From NCBI GenBank assembly GCA_051313645.2, contig JBNRSN020000001.1, positions 105,400,001 to 105,464,000 of the forward strand: 64,000 nucleotides of DNA, given 5' to 3'. Below are positions 24,189-38,228 of the stretch, piece after piece (the first letter of the stretch is position 1; each line of letters starts with the position of its first letter). The DNA comes from Centroscyllium fabricii (taxonomy: Eukaryota). The translations under genes and the position numbers were made by a program. Below the pieces are notes generated by a model. The model worked only from the letters and a program-made list of their open reading frames with translations, made no database searches and was not told the DNA's origin.

Positions 24189-25849
24189 AAATCATCCATT
24201 TTTGACTCTGGTAACGGATTCTAGATAACCACCTTTTTGAATTTTAATATTTTAAGTGGCATAATTCATTTTTCAGCAAAAGTGCAATTTAAACCTTCAT
24301 ACACATTTTGTATATTCAGTAATGCAACTTTAAGTCACAAGGTCAGAAATGTCCTCAGATCTTATCCCGCTGTGTTGCATAACTTCACTGGAGGTGCATT
24401 TATATCTGCACCCTTTACTGTCCTTTTAGTGCCCTAGCAGAGAGGGAGACATGGCTTAAAGGTCGCCATGCCGGTAAGAAACTGAATCTGCTTTCTATTT
24501 TCCCTGGATCTTCCTTCTCCTGCAAATGAAAATGTATTTGCATAGCTAACTTGTATAAATAAATATTTTTGGCCATGTGTCTGGGTATATAAAATTAGTT
24601 ATTTGCAGTAAGGTCCCAGTCTCACGAACTGATTAAGTTACATTTGGTGTTTAGATGCCAAGGTTTTAAGCTACAGCTTTGAAACCTGGCTATAGTAAGG
24701 ACTCATCAGAACAAATGCAATCAAGAGAGTAAGTGATGCAGAAGAAATAATTCAGAAGCTGCTGGATGGAATTAATGTATCACTAGACAATTACAGTGTG
24801 TTTTGTTATGAGAAAAGCACATTGAGAAATATATTAAAAAATAACTGATGTTAAATGATGTGAGGGGATTAAATTTCTATATAATGGTGCAAATTAACTT
24901 AGCGGAGTTGCTGTAGACTTGGAAGGTAACAGTTTAAGAATTGTGAGAAAATGCAATTGCTTTGCGTTCTAAAATGCTGGAAAATGCACCAAATAAAGTG
25001 TCAACACACTTCACAATTTTCTGGGGCGAGGGAGAGGGAAGTTATACCTCAAGCCTTCCTAGAAAAGAAACCTCATTTTAATCCTTCGCACCCCCCTCCC
25101 CTCACACCACCCACCACCGCCTTCAGAAATCTCTCTGCCACTGAGGAAAGTTGCCTTCAACATTGAATCAGCAAGCAGCAATTTGCTAACTAGCTTATCA
25201 ACATTTTTTGGGAAGTTTTCTTTTGTTTAATTTCCTCTCTTCCCCCAGAGTATGAGAAATGTCTCATTTCTAGCTAACAGACTAAATCTATAACTATGCC
25301 CCTACCTGCATCTTTGATGATAATTCATCAGCAACTCTTTGATGAAAGCTGCCTCCTCTTTTCAGCTCAAAGACATCAAATAAAATACTCCCTATTTCGA
25401 TTTTTCTGCGCAGAAGTAGAAGACTGAGTGATTTCTCCAATAACGTACTTCATAAGCACAAAATGCTTTTCCACCTACCTTTATGCTACGGTTCATTGAT
25501 CCAGTTTTGAAATGCTAGAAATCATCAGAAGTGCTAAACACCAACAAATTATCTGTTAGCGTTTCCTCCCCAGATTCCACCATTGTTCACGAACCTCTAC
25601 ATTTTAGTACATTGACCAAATGGAAGAATTTCAGCCTCTCAGTTTGCAATCTGGCAAAATGTTGGCACAAATTGTTTTGTATTCATTTCTATTTTGCACT
25701 ACAGTTATACTACCATCTCTCTCCATGAGCAAAGCAGAATATCAGAGTATTCTAAACAGCTTGCTCTATCCATATTTGTAAATAACAAAGTGGTGTTAAG
25801 GCTACAGGTCTTCTTGAGATTGTTTTGCCTTTAGGTAAAAAAGTTGAAG

Positions 25850-26168
25850 CACTGACGTTGACTTAGTGAGTTTGTTCGACGAGTAGCTGGGACATACAGA
25901 ACACGAGGGTCCCAACTTTGATCCTCAGCCTGTGCGGAGTTTGCTGAGCTCAGTTGTAGCGGAGTTAAGGGTGCTACAATTGCTTTCGGTGTCTCTGGGT
26001 TCGGGAGGGGGAAATAAAATCAGCCAGCTTCAAATCACCATCCATTAACCCCCCTGCCTGAGTGGACATTGGGTCAGGCCAAATCAAGCTTGGCTAAATG
26101 TCTTGCCCCTACTCACTGAGAAGGCTCACAGGTGAATAATAGCCACTTGAGTGAGATACTGGAGGGTG
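25850..26168 (+). mobile_element. Old SINE-like interspersed repeat (related copies on the minus strand at 31200-31385 and 52333-52570)
   Basis: Shared blocks GCTACAATTG, GGGAGGG..AAATCAGCCAG, AGGCTCACA..GAATA..GCCACTTG among the three loci. Confidence 0.6.
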
Positions 26169-27429
26169 AACAGTGCTGTATTCAGGAGAGGAGTGACAGG
26201 GAGGCAGTGGAGAAAACTGGTGAAGATTATTGGCAAACCAAAATGTGCCCAATTTTTCCTCGACCTTTTGTTGCATGTGCAGAGTGACACAGAAACCTTG
26301 AAAACTCATCAGAACCTCATTAAGACTCTCACTAACAGAAGCTATTTGAACCCTGATTGTAAAACTGAATCACTTGTTATCATTTAGAAGTCCAAATCTA
26401 AAAACCTCCTTCCAAATGGCACAGAATGGATCTGTCCTGCTGATAAACTAACTAGCAGCCAATAAAACAGTTGTCACTTCCTTGCACCTGGAGGGACCCC
26501 AAGATACTCCCAAAGCTCGGCTCAAGTTGCCCTTTTGTGCAAAAGCCTTTTCAGGATTGAGCACAGGTTCAAATTTTAACCCTTTTCCAAATACAACTGG
26601 CTTTTGAAAAGCAAAAAAATAAAGAAACCATCTTGCTCATGCAGGGATTTCTAGCATTCTCCCATCTCCACAATCTCCTCTGTACAGAATTTAAATTCCT
26701 TTTATGAAAGATTGTGCATTTGCCATTTGATACTTCATTTAGTCTTTCTCCCCATTTCCTGAGACTGAGAGAAGGCCAGCTGGATATACTTACTGGGATC
26801 ATGGTGGGAAATGGCTGGCTTGGATACTGAAGATCGGGCTAGTTCTGCTGGGTAAGAAGCAGCACTCGGAGGAACATAGTTAACAGAGCAGTACAGGAAC
26901 AATGTGGCTTGTTTATCTTTGCCTCTCTCATGGAGTGTGAGACCAAAGCCTGTGCCTGAAAGATGGCTGCATCAAAAGCGCTGTGTTTTCCTTTCAGATA
27001 ACCTCACCCCACCAATCCTCCTGCGTTCTGTTGCTACTCAGCATGTTCCTGTCTGTGGCACAAATAGATGAAAGAAACAATCTCAAAGTGAGCTTAATCC
27101 GACCGAATCGCTGCTGCTGGGCCAGGAGTTTAAAAAAAGCCTCCGAACTAACCCATGGTACAATTTGGGGCTTTAGACATACAGGACTTCAATAAAGCAG
27201 CAAATTAAATCTACCTTTTTCATATTACACACAATGAATGAACAAGAACTGAGCAACTTTTCTTTACCATCCTCCATCCCAAGGCAAAAAATACAGGCCT
27301 TTTATACATCCTAATCCTAACCTGCTCTTATATCGTAAAATGCTCAATAGCTCTGAATACTGCTTCCCTCCTTTGCTTTTCAAATTACAATGATAGATGT
27401 GTCAGTTTGGACATGAACAAAATCTGTAT

Positions 27430-27443
27430 GTTGCCTTGGCAAC
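27430..27443. promoter_or_regulatory. RFX X-box palindrome in repeat-free intron 1 sequence
   Basis: GTTGCCTTGGCAAC matches GTTGCCATGGCAAC at 13/14. Confidence 0.5.
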
Positions 27444-27835
27444 CCCGGGTTCCTGCTTATATTTTGTATATAAAATAGGTGCATTTGCTGTACTATTTAT
27501 CAGAAAGAAATAAACCGGTGGTTTCCTTTAGAAAGGATCGGATTACTGCAGCTGATTTCTTTGTGTCTGTTTATTTCAATCGTGCTGGATCCGGCTCTTT
27601 CTATTCTGTCCCTTGATTTACATTACTGCTCTGATCTGCAGTGTAATCCTTTTATTGTCAATAATGTGAGAGCTGATTTCCTTTTAAAGAGAAGAAGGTT
27701 GTGTTATGGCTTTCTCTTAATTTTATGTTCCACACTTGAAAGAAGCCTCTCTGAAGAAAACACATGGATGCAGCTACAAAAAAATATTTAATGTGTCAAA
27801 CAAGTCAAATCCATATCAAAAAATATGCACATTAT

Positions 27836-28591
27836 GGGGGGGGGGGGGAAATTTCATGTCCCCGTGAGGCGGCTTGGCCAGCAAAATAGCAGAACCGGCA
27901 GGTTGCGACCCCCCCGACGTATCGCCGCTGCTTTTTCATTTTCCCCCACCCAGATTCCCCGCCCCAAAACCTTCCCGCCGCATTAAGGGCCCTTAATTGG
28001 CATGTTTAATGCCATTTTAAGGCCCCTCAGCCATTTTGACCTGTTTCCCGCCCTAACCCCATCACCTTAAACCCCGCTGGGTAAAAACCCAGCGGGAGCA
28101 CAGCACTGGTTATCACTTTCTCCTTCAAGGTGTGAAGGACATGCTGCCAAATGCTTGGCATGCCTCCAACACCTTAGAGGAGTAAGTTACTCCGTGTTGG
28201 CTGCAGCAGCTGTGAGCAGCAACTGAGAAATCTCAGCTCTGCACATTTGCTCACAGCCGGTGCGAGCTGTCAAGGATTCTGAGCCCGCCCGCCCACCTGT
28301 CAGTCACCAGCACTTGACCTTTCCCATTGGTTCCACTCGACTGTGATGTCACAGTGGAGTGTTTCCATGGGAACTGTCAACAACCAGTGCTGGAACTGTC
28401 AATCAAACTCCTCGCAGCCCCGCTGGAGCCCGACTCGATTGAGTTAATTACCACCCGCTGCCGCCGGCGTGGATTTAACAACCTAATTAAATTTAAATTG
28501 CGTGGCCTTCCCAGCTGTTTGGGCAGGCAGGATAGGAAGCCGCCCAGACCAATCCCCGCTAGGTTCCCGCCCTTCCGGCAAAGTCCCCCCC
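27836..28591. mobile_element. GC-rich Harbinger-like MITE
   Basis: Ends GGGGGGAAATTT / AAAGTCCCCCCC; central hairpin CCAACAC..GGAGTAAGTTACTCC.GTGTTGG; sharp GC shift versus flanks. Confidence 0.62.
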
Positions 28592-28615
28592 AGTCATAGG
28601 GAAACTGGATGCAGT

Positions 28616-28750
28616 GGAAGAAAGGTCATCGTCCTGAAACATTTAAACTCTGTTTCTCTCTCCACTGATGCTGCCTGACCTGCAGAGTATTTCCAGCATT
28701 TTCTGTTGTTAGTTCAGATTTACAGCATCCGCAGTATTTTGCTTTTGTAT
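28616..28750 (+). mobile_element. Short Penelope-derived insert (degenerate hammerhead core)
   Basis: Perfect 19-bp TSD TAGGGAAACTGGATGCAGT (28597-28615, 28751-28769); body is the reverse complement of 23793-23918. Confidence 0.85.
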
Positions 28751-31199
28751 TAGGGAAACTGGATGCAGTTTTACTTTTGGCAAATACATAAACATTTCTC
28801 AATCCTACTTGAAGTTCAATTACAGAAAAAAAGAATGCATTTAATTGACTTATTGTAGCTTGGGACTGTAAGGATATTCAGGGGAGAAAACACGTCCAAG
28901 GGAGATTATTACAGGTACTTAACTCTCAGTGGTTCGGGAAACCTGTTTGTCAACTCTTCTGCTCTGCAGGTTTTGCACATACACATCCAGCTTTGAATGT
29001 GTTGAAGTTTGAAATATAAAACCTCAGCAAAAGGCTTATGATACACACAGTACATCATGGTAGACCAGTTTATGAGAAAAAGCCTCGACTTTATTGTCAT
29101 TACCCAAGAGTTTCTCTGGCACTACTTATGCACAAAATTATCCAACATCAAAAAGACCGTTTTTGCCTGGCCTAACTTCTGCAATGAAGCCACAGAAATT
29201 GCATTTTCCTTTGTTACTTTTCTCCTTTGTAAGCTAAAACAAATTATAAGATGATCCGCACCCACACAAACACCATAATGTCTAGATTCCTTTAATATTG
29301 CATAATTTTAATCCACAATTTGATACATGAATTATATGGAAATCCCTCAAGATAAAAGCAGACAATAAAATCTCCTTTCTGATGAGAGCTCAACAGTCAA
29401 ACTACGCAAATGAATATATTTTCGTCCCTTGATGTATACAGATCTGCCTTACGGGACAATAAGCAATTGGGTGCACTACCTTTCCCACAATTGATCTGAA
29501 GGTAGATAGGATTGAGAAATAGGTTTGCATATTTGCCAAAATTAAAATTCCTCGGGGGTTAAGCATGAGGGTGGGGGAGTAAAGTCTGGAGACAGGCTTC
29601 GCTTGATTTTTTTTGCTTTAAGGCAGCTGAACCTTCTATATTCCCATGCAATTTTACAGACAAGGACATGGGACAAATAGCACAACAATGTGACTGCTGT
29701 TAGCAAGTACAGGTTTTTGTTTTGTCATACTCCTTTAATTGGTATTTACAACTTCTCTTAACATTTCCTGCTGATTCCCATGTACAGTACTTTGTAGCAA
29801 TCTATTTTTATCAAATTATTGGTTTCTTCATAGGAGTGTAACAACTTAAAATTTTCCTGACAATAAAATATCAGCCTTGTTTTAATAAGCATAGCAGTAC
29901 TTTCTAAAAGCAGGCACAAATCGCCATGGAATTGGAGACCTGTCATTCAGTTTAAGAGCACTAAAGACATCAAGACAATTATGTACTGTTTTAAGTCTAA
30001 TCACATACCCATCCTATCACATGCTGTTGTGACACCAGGAGGAGGGGGCAGAATTGCACCATCATTATGCATAAGCCGCATATCCTGGTTAATGGTGGTT
30101 CCTGCTGGAACACAAGTAAAGCTTTCCCAATTTAAAGAAAAGGCTCTTACTTCTATTGGTTCAATTTATCCATAGATATTCAATTTGTTGAATAGAATTT
30201 TGTGGAAGTGCACACATAAGGCATTTGTACTTATTGTACGATATAAATGCAAGATCTTTCTTCCTTTATCCTTTTCCCAAATACTAAAACAAGACGCGTC
30301 CAGATACAAATGCAGTGCTTAATTCTGGAGCCTACTCAAAATGCAGTCAATATGCACCTGTTTACCTACAAATAAAGGAATGTTTAATACAATGAGAACA
30401 GTTTGTAGCACTGAATGATCTGCTTGAAAGGGCTCATCGGTCCTATTTAATTTAAAACTGCGCTGACACATAAGGTTAATCCCTGGGGCTAATTAATAGA
30501 GGTTTCCCCAAACTTAGTAACAGGACCCTATAAATTCTCTCATTAGATATTGCTGTATGAATGTGCAACATAATCATGTCAAATTCCTATTTTAACAAAG
30601 GCATTAACCTGCTTATTTTATACAGTTTAATGTCTCCCTTAATGTTGCAGACAGATGAATTTGTTCCAAGCACGTTAAGCCATTAAGTGATCATATGATA
30701 ATATTGCACAACTTAATTCCCAGGCTCATATAATTTATGTTTGCAGTTGTCACAATGCAGGATTTGAGTCTCTGTTCTTGAAGTCTGATGATATCACTGT
30801 GTTCCGTGTCCAGTAACACCCTTGTACTTTAAGCAACTTATTAATTGAATTTAGATATGTTGCTTCATTAAGAGAAAAGATTGGGTGCAGCAGTCATTAG
30901 CATTTAGAAACTGGAACTTTTATTTAATCAAGATGGCAAAGAAAGGATCTTTCTCAAGTAACTAGAAACAAGTGTGCGGTACATTTTCAAACCAGGTTTG
31001 GCTCTAAAGATCCTTAAACCACCTAACATTTTTTTAATGTTTTAAATAATTATATATCTGCAGAACTTTATAATATTTACAAAAGTGAATTTACACATCT
31101 CCACCCACAGAAAAGAGGCTACCTGTAGTTTGTTGTGGATAGGATGTGGTCATTAAAGTTGGTGACATACTGAAATAACCTTTCTTCAAGTGGAAATCT

Positions 31200-31385
31200 G
31201 GACAATCTGATCTTTGCTCACCTTCCACATGCACTTTCCAACAGGGGCCATCAATAGTGGGACCCTGGCTGTTTCTCTTCCCAGCTTAGGGGCACAAAAC
31301 CTAACTGTGGCACCCCACTGCCATCCCAGGTGACAGTTGATTCTATATCACACTGTTTGCTGTATTTACCTACTGAACCAAGCCA
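31200..31385 (-). mobile_element. Old SINE-like repeat fragment (family of 25850-26168)
   Basis: CACTTTCCAACAGGGG..CCCTGGCTG..CTTAGGGGCAC blocks. Confidence 0.5.
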
Positions 31386-32529
31386 TCAAAGGAGCCTGAC
31401 AAAGCAATGATATTAATAAACATTCTACTGCATAGTAGGAAAACTGTCTCTCTGTTAACAGTAAACATACAACTGCCAGGAATGAATCATTTGAGCTATT
31501 TGAGGTAGCTGGCCGTGAACTGAAAATATGTTCATTCACCTAAAATCAAATCTCACTATTTCATTCTGCCATCAACTAGCCACATCAGTGCACAGCAGTC
31601 TTGTTTAAATTATGCCTATGAATTTTGAAGGCCTCAATAACACAGATGCTGATGTGTCTTCAAAATGCAAATGGAATAACTTGTCATCTGAGAGCTGTCC
31701 TCTCTCTGAAAAGTGACATGCTTTTTAATGAAGTTAGATCCATTGCCTGGCCATTCTGAGTATGTGAGCATCAAGCACAGTCTTTCTGCTCAGCACCAGT
31801 GTCGACATTTCCATTCCTCATGCTCGGTGTGCCATGAGCTGCTGCTGCCTGTTCACTGTCCCCAGCCTCCAAGGAGACTAATAGCTGGGATATTTTGTCT
31901 AACATAATGACTAGTCTTTTTCCTTTGTGGTTAGGTTTATTATGCTTTTATCGAGGAGTATCAAGGGTGTTGCCTCTACCTTTGATGATTTGAACTAAAC
32001 AAACAGGCTGTGGTAAAATGTGCTGTGCACAGAAATTGGTAGAAATTATATTTTACTCTCATCTCTGAATTTCTTTCAGACAGAGAATTGTGGCCCTGAG
32101 ATTGAACAGTGCAAACAACAACCTTTCCCAACAAATTTCACAGCATCCTCTAAGCACACTACTCATGACAAGAATTAGAAAAAGCAACACATTTTACTGC
32201 TAACTTAAGCAATCAAGCCAGATTCAGAAGCAATACCAGTCATGGTTACTGTACAGACCTCTCGCAAAACTCTCACCTTAAAAGCATGCTATCATTTCTA
32301 AAGACTCCAATGATTTAACATTTTATTTTTATTTTCCGAAATCATGAATAATTATAGTTTATCACATATAACAAAACAGTCCTCTTGTTTGGTCAGAACA
32401 GAATGATTTTGTCACTGTTCATCTACTTCCTGGTAGCCCACAGAATTTCAATAGAAATATATTTTGTCAGGAAAAACTTCTATTAACAAGGGAAATACAA
32501 ACGAATAATTCCTGATCATAAGAGCTGCA

Positions 32530-33045
32530 TCTTTATTATCATTCCCCCATCACAAGAAGGATATCAGAGCCACAGGTAAAGTGCAGTGAAGAATGATACT
32601 AGGAACAAGAGGTTATCAGTATGAAAAATTGAGGCTCTTTTCACTGGCACAAAGAAGATTAAAAGGGGCATCGAAAAGAGATTTTCAGAATTATGAAGGG
32701 TTTTGGGGAAGGGGTGAGTAATAAAAGACACTTTTCACTAACTGGCGAATGGATATAAATGAGGAACAGACTTGAGATTATCAACAAAGAAACACAAAAA
32801 GTAAGTAGTGAATATATATTAACAGGTGGTCATTAGAACATGAAATGCCTTAGCATGAGTAACTATTGAGATAGAGATTCAAGCATTATTTATAAGGGAA
32901 TTGGACAAGTATTTGAAAAAAAGAATTGTTATGGAAATGAGAAAAGCACAGGGAAATTAGACTGAGATAGATCCAGTTGAACAACTAGCACAGACTCAAT
33001 GGGCTGAGTGGCCTCCATATGTGCTGTAATTTGCATGGTTCTATG
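32530..33045 (+). mobile_element. Highly decayed CR1 3' fragment
   Basis: GGCTCTTTTCACTGG..AAAGAAGATTAA..ATTATGAAGGGTTTTG..GGGAATTGGACAAGTATTTG..GGGCTGAGTGGCCTCC..GTGCTGTAA. Confidence 0.7.
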
Positions 33046-36000
33046 CTCAATGCAATAATATGGTCTATTTCAGTACATTATGAACACAAGTAAATGGAAT
33101 AATTAGCTATACTGTTGAGACTTGCATCATTTGCTTTCAAGTGGTGATGAAAAGGCGAATGAAAAATTCAGATCTTTCTGTGGTTATTTATGGGCAGCAA
33201 CTCCTCACCAAATAAATATGTTTCTTTGTATATACGTTGTTTGAAAATTAACTTTTTTGCACTCCTGTATATCTGGAAAATGTTAATTGTAAAACAGTTC
33301 CAACTATTTATGAAGTTTCTGCCCATATCCTGGGTTTTTTTCTGCAACAGAGAGCTGTTGCAAAAATGAGCAAACAGCATCAACTGGAGGCCAGTAAATG
33401 TGCACAAGACCTCTGTAAGTACAGCCCCCAGTGCAGTGCTCACCAAAATGCCAACAACAATTCTTTAGCTTCTAACCGTCATTGACTGCATAATTTTACC
33501 AGTGCTCATGAATAAGCATAGACTGCACCTTTGTTACTGTGATAAGGCAATTGTTTATGATGAGATAGAACTGAAGGTAAAGAATATAATCCGGGGACAA
33601 AGTGATAAATACTTTGCCGTAAACCCTCATAAGTAAAATTCAAAACCATTTCATGACAGTTTTTTTTGGAAGGGGAGAGGTTTGTTAAAATTAATTTTAT
33701 ACACATCATCCTACTATTTTATGGAATAAATCACCTGATCATATCACTGATTGAAAATATGAATTCTACTTCCATCCCTTTGAGTTCCAAAAGTTAGAGC
33801 TAACAATCTAGCAAGGTAGTGTCGTATAGGGATAAAGGAGCACATAACATAAGTTACATGAATTGGTGAATTTAACAATGATTGGTCTATACTTCCTGGA
33901 AATACAGTAAAAGCATTTGAGTAACATTACAGCAAGCTAGCAAAAGTGTTCCCTTCTCTCCTCACTGTGAGCAAACAGGCAATGAACCTGTACTTCAGCA
34001 AATGCTCCTGTCTATGAACAGGATGCGCATTAATCTCAACATACTACATGGACATTCTCTGGTGAGATTTTACTGCATCAAACCAATGAGCTGTAGAAAA
34101 GGATCAGTTCCCTGAAATGCATGAAGAAGACACTTTCTGACACATCGCAAAGCAGACTGCGCAGGTCTGACAAAGCCCGCCCTTCTCAGGCAGTTTGAGG
34201 GCCACCTTGAAGCACACCCTTGAAAACAGATGCATAGCATAGCGAAAATGCAGTAACTTCTAAGCAAAGTTTTCTCTCCTTATGTTTGCTAACTCTGGTT
34301 GGATGTATTCCTGCCCATTTTTTTGCATGACTTCCCACCTCCAACCACCCCGCCCGGTCAAACAACCATTTCTCCCATCTCCAATATTTTTATAACTAAT
34401 TAACGCAAGTGCTCAAAGAAAAAGAGAAACACGCATTTTTTATGCCCCTGTGATTTTTCTCCTGGGTTGCTGGCAGCAGTATCGAGGAGATTAATCTTTA
34501 ATTCCTGGAGATTTGGGGGCAATTCTGGAAAGTTGTCTCCTGCATATATTAAGGTAGTTGGTTAGTAATGGTTGTGGTTTGAGCAATGCAATAAACCACT
34601 CCAAGTCTCTCGCCTGAAAACAAGAATATTGGTAATGTACCATCAGGTACAATATTCCAATTATTCTGATGGGATTACTCCATTCATATTGTAAAATTGT
34701 CCCAGAATGCTTTGCACAATCTGGCACCGATTACAGAATAGAAATTCCTTTTTCACCCCAACTTGTAGGAAATAAAATTTTAGAAACGGAGAAAATATCA
34801 ATAGCTCGCAAGGAAAAATGGCTGCAGACAGCTCCTGAGCCCGAACTCCTGTTGAAGGGGTTTGGCTGCTTTCCGCATCTGAAGACTGACCTCTGTAGGA
34901 TGGTACTATTTCCGAGATTTGCATCTCTCCCCTGTCGTGAGCTAAAGAGGCTGTACTTCAGAAATCAACCTCTACCAGCTGACTGAAACTTCCCTTCGCT
35001 TTTCATTAGAAGGCTTCCATTTTTTTATTATTTAATAACTAGCCCCAGAATTTATAATTCAGCAATATTCTACTATTGTGTTTCCCTCTTGACTACAGCT
35101 ATTAGAAAACACTGCCAGTTCAGTTTAACTGGGCTCCAAGTTTGGTATTTTTATTTTGTAGATCAATATGCACACTGCCACCGATACATTAATAATACTG
35201 TCTATCTAAGTTGAACGATATATTAAACATTACAGCTTGTTTAAATGGACAAGTATTCAGACCCGCCCAAGCACTATGCCGCAAAATGAATATTTAACCG
35301 CAAAATGTCAATGCTGGGCAAACTTTTAATTTCGCAAACGTCATGCCATACAAGATCAGATTACCTATCGGTCAGAAAAAGCCCGAGTTAAAGGATGTGT
35401 GTCAGGTTTTTTTAGGAAACTGAGAATATGATCAGGTTTACAGCATGTATGACCTTGCTCAGTCAGGTTTGCACGGCTGGTTTATTTTAATTATGATGAT
35501 CATTTTAAGATCTACGAAGAGCAGACTCTAACCCAATGTTTTAATTCGCACAGGATGCCCCAGAGCCCAACAACTGGATACAATGCTCGGCTGATTCAAG
35601 CATTTTCTGCACCAGAATTGTATTTTTCTCTATTTGGTGATTATGTATCTTTAACCATTGAGGATAGTTATTAACCTGTTGCTGTTGTCCCCAAGGAAGC
35701 GATGGATGGGATGACGGTGCTCGCTTGGAGGAAACTGGCGAATGGTTCATCTAAAATCTCCTTGCAACTTTTTTTGTATTGTAGTGCGATACTCAGCAAC
35801 CCATTCTAAGTCGAGTTGTTGAAGAAAGACGCCGGCAAATAGCCGAGGAGATAGCTGAACGGAGAACGGATGGACGGCTGCTGTGCTCAGCGCGAGAATT
35901 GTTTTTTCCTTCCTTGAGAAATAGATTGTCCATTGGCGATCACTCGAACACTTGCAATATGTTTTTAAGTTTTAAATGGACTATCTTCTCCCACCCAAGC

Positions 36001-38228
36001 ACTGAGCAGAAGGTCCACACCTGCCGGCCGACTCCGAAATGAGGATGAGATCACATTCTATAAAGTAAGGGGCCAGCGGATAAACCCGGCCTCTGGATTT
36101 TATCAACTTTTTATTTGGAACATGTGGTGCGTTAAAGCAAGTTTTCGCAACTTTTTTTCCCCAGCGTACGTTAGAAAATTGGCGTAATTTTTATTGAACG
36201 AAAGTGTCACTTGGCTGAAGATAAATGGCGAGGCTATAATGTGATTTCTCAATCAATGATCCAGTTTTTAATTCTGTCCCTAAATCTAATCCAAAACCTG
36301 GTTTAAACTCCATCGATCCCTGATTTACAGGAACAAGCAGCCTTATCCAGCGGCACCTCCCCCGTCACTAACTCGCAGTTTTTATGTGGTGTGAATGCTT
36401 TTATATATATAAAAACACAAACCTCTAGAGTCTGCGCTTGACAAAGAGACAGGGCCCAGAGCAAACAAAGTTACATTTTGCACTCTTACAGGCAATTTGG
36501 CGATCCCGCCAAGTGTAACGCGGAAAGATTTATTTTTCCACATTGCCTTTGTAAGCGAACGCCTTGGCCAAACAAGCAGCATCAAACGTTGCAAGAGATT
36601 TCAAAGTCGCACTGCACCTTGCCGCGTGGTGCTTTAGAATTTAAGTAATTGTTAAAATTCAAATATATGATTAAAAAATGTTCGTACGCATTTAAAAAAA
36701 ATGTGTTATAATTTATAAACCGGTGCAAAATTGCCCAGGAACATTCCCCGAGCAACTTTACATCCTGCCTGACTGAGGCTGGCCGTGAACTAAACTTTTT
36801 CAGGGATGAGGCAGGAACGGTCTGAGTAATTTTTTAAAAAGGAGCAAAGTTGAGCAGATATCCATTGGTCAAGTTTCTTATCTTGGCCAGTTTTTGGTAG
36901 CTGGGACATTCTATTTACTCTAACACTTTAAACAAACATTTGCTTATTGAGTTCCAAACGAAAGGTTTAGCACAACTCCGATAAGAAGCTGATTCATAGA
37001 CAACACACTTCACGGGCGAACACAATCTGTGTGTCTGTGTGCTTTTCCTTTAGGTTAAAGTGATAGACTGCGAGCAGAATCCTGAAAGGATCATTCATCT
37101 CCAGGGGCTGGGTGACAACGGTACAGGCTTATGTTGAGGTAAATTAACAATTCATCGTTTTTAGATATTTTTTTTAAATTTTGCTTTCTTTTTATTTTAA
37201 CACGAGCACCAGTTGCACTCGGAGACATTCGCAGTGAGTTCCGAAACAGAACAAAGGAGATGTTTGGGGTGGGGTGGGTGCGGGGAATAGTCACTTTTAT
37301 TTTTGGCTTTAAATACAGTGTTCATTTAATAGCGCGTGTGTCTCAATGCAGGAATTATCGGGGAGATTCCCCGCACTTGCTTTCTATGCCAACTATAACT
37401 TGGGTTTCGGATAATTCAGAAAATAAAAACTGTATAACTGATTAATTTCCTGGAGGGGATCGCCTTGCAGTAAAAACTTGGGCAAAGCCTCGAATGCAGG
37501 CTTATTGTTGGCTGCAGAGTCTCATCCAACACACTGACAGGTAGAATCGCTTTATCCTCCCGAACATTAGCATCGAGCCCGATACTGACGCCACCTGCTT
37601 CCTTGCTGCTGCATAGAATAGAAATCGCTCTGGGGTTAAGATGCACGTCTGTTGAGTGTTTGTTCAAAAGCTCGACACGGTCTCTGCGACCGAGTGTCTC
37701 CTGGTTTTAGCTCGCCACCTCCCATTCCTGTCCTCCCAGCCGAGGTCACCCAGAGAGGCTAAATCCATATAGGCATCGGGGTATTAATATCGCACCGCTC
37801 GCAAAATCCGTCTCTACCCCGCCCCCCCCCCCAATCAAAAAAAACACCTTTAATATATCAAAGGCTGTAATATTACAAAAACCCGCGTCTACATTAGACC
37901 AGCAATTGGCACCTGAGTCCCGGGTTCCTCGCTGATCGCGGGCTCGGTCCGGCTTCTGAACAAACAAACAGCCGCGGCTGAATCCTCAGGACCTGCTCAA
38001 GTCTCTCCGACACTTACACGAGGACCTACTTAAATGCAATTTATCGCACGAGTGTTGTGGATTATTACACCTTTGTGATTACAATAACACTGAGATCGGG
38101 CCGGGGGCCGGCTGCGATCAACAGTCAATTCCACCTTGTACCGTGCTGTGTGTATCTAGAACATGAGAAATAAAATATCAAAGTTGCAGGTGTTGAGCCT
38201 GACCGAGACGATCAGTCGTTTCACTTAC

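Noticed and set aside
34283-34540. Possible hAT-like repeat beginning TTGCTAACTCTGG
   Set aside because: Termini are decayed; TIR pair and TSD cannot be confirmed
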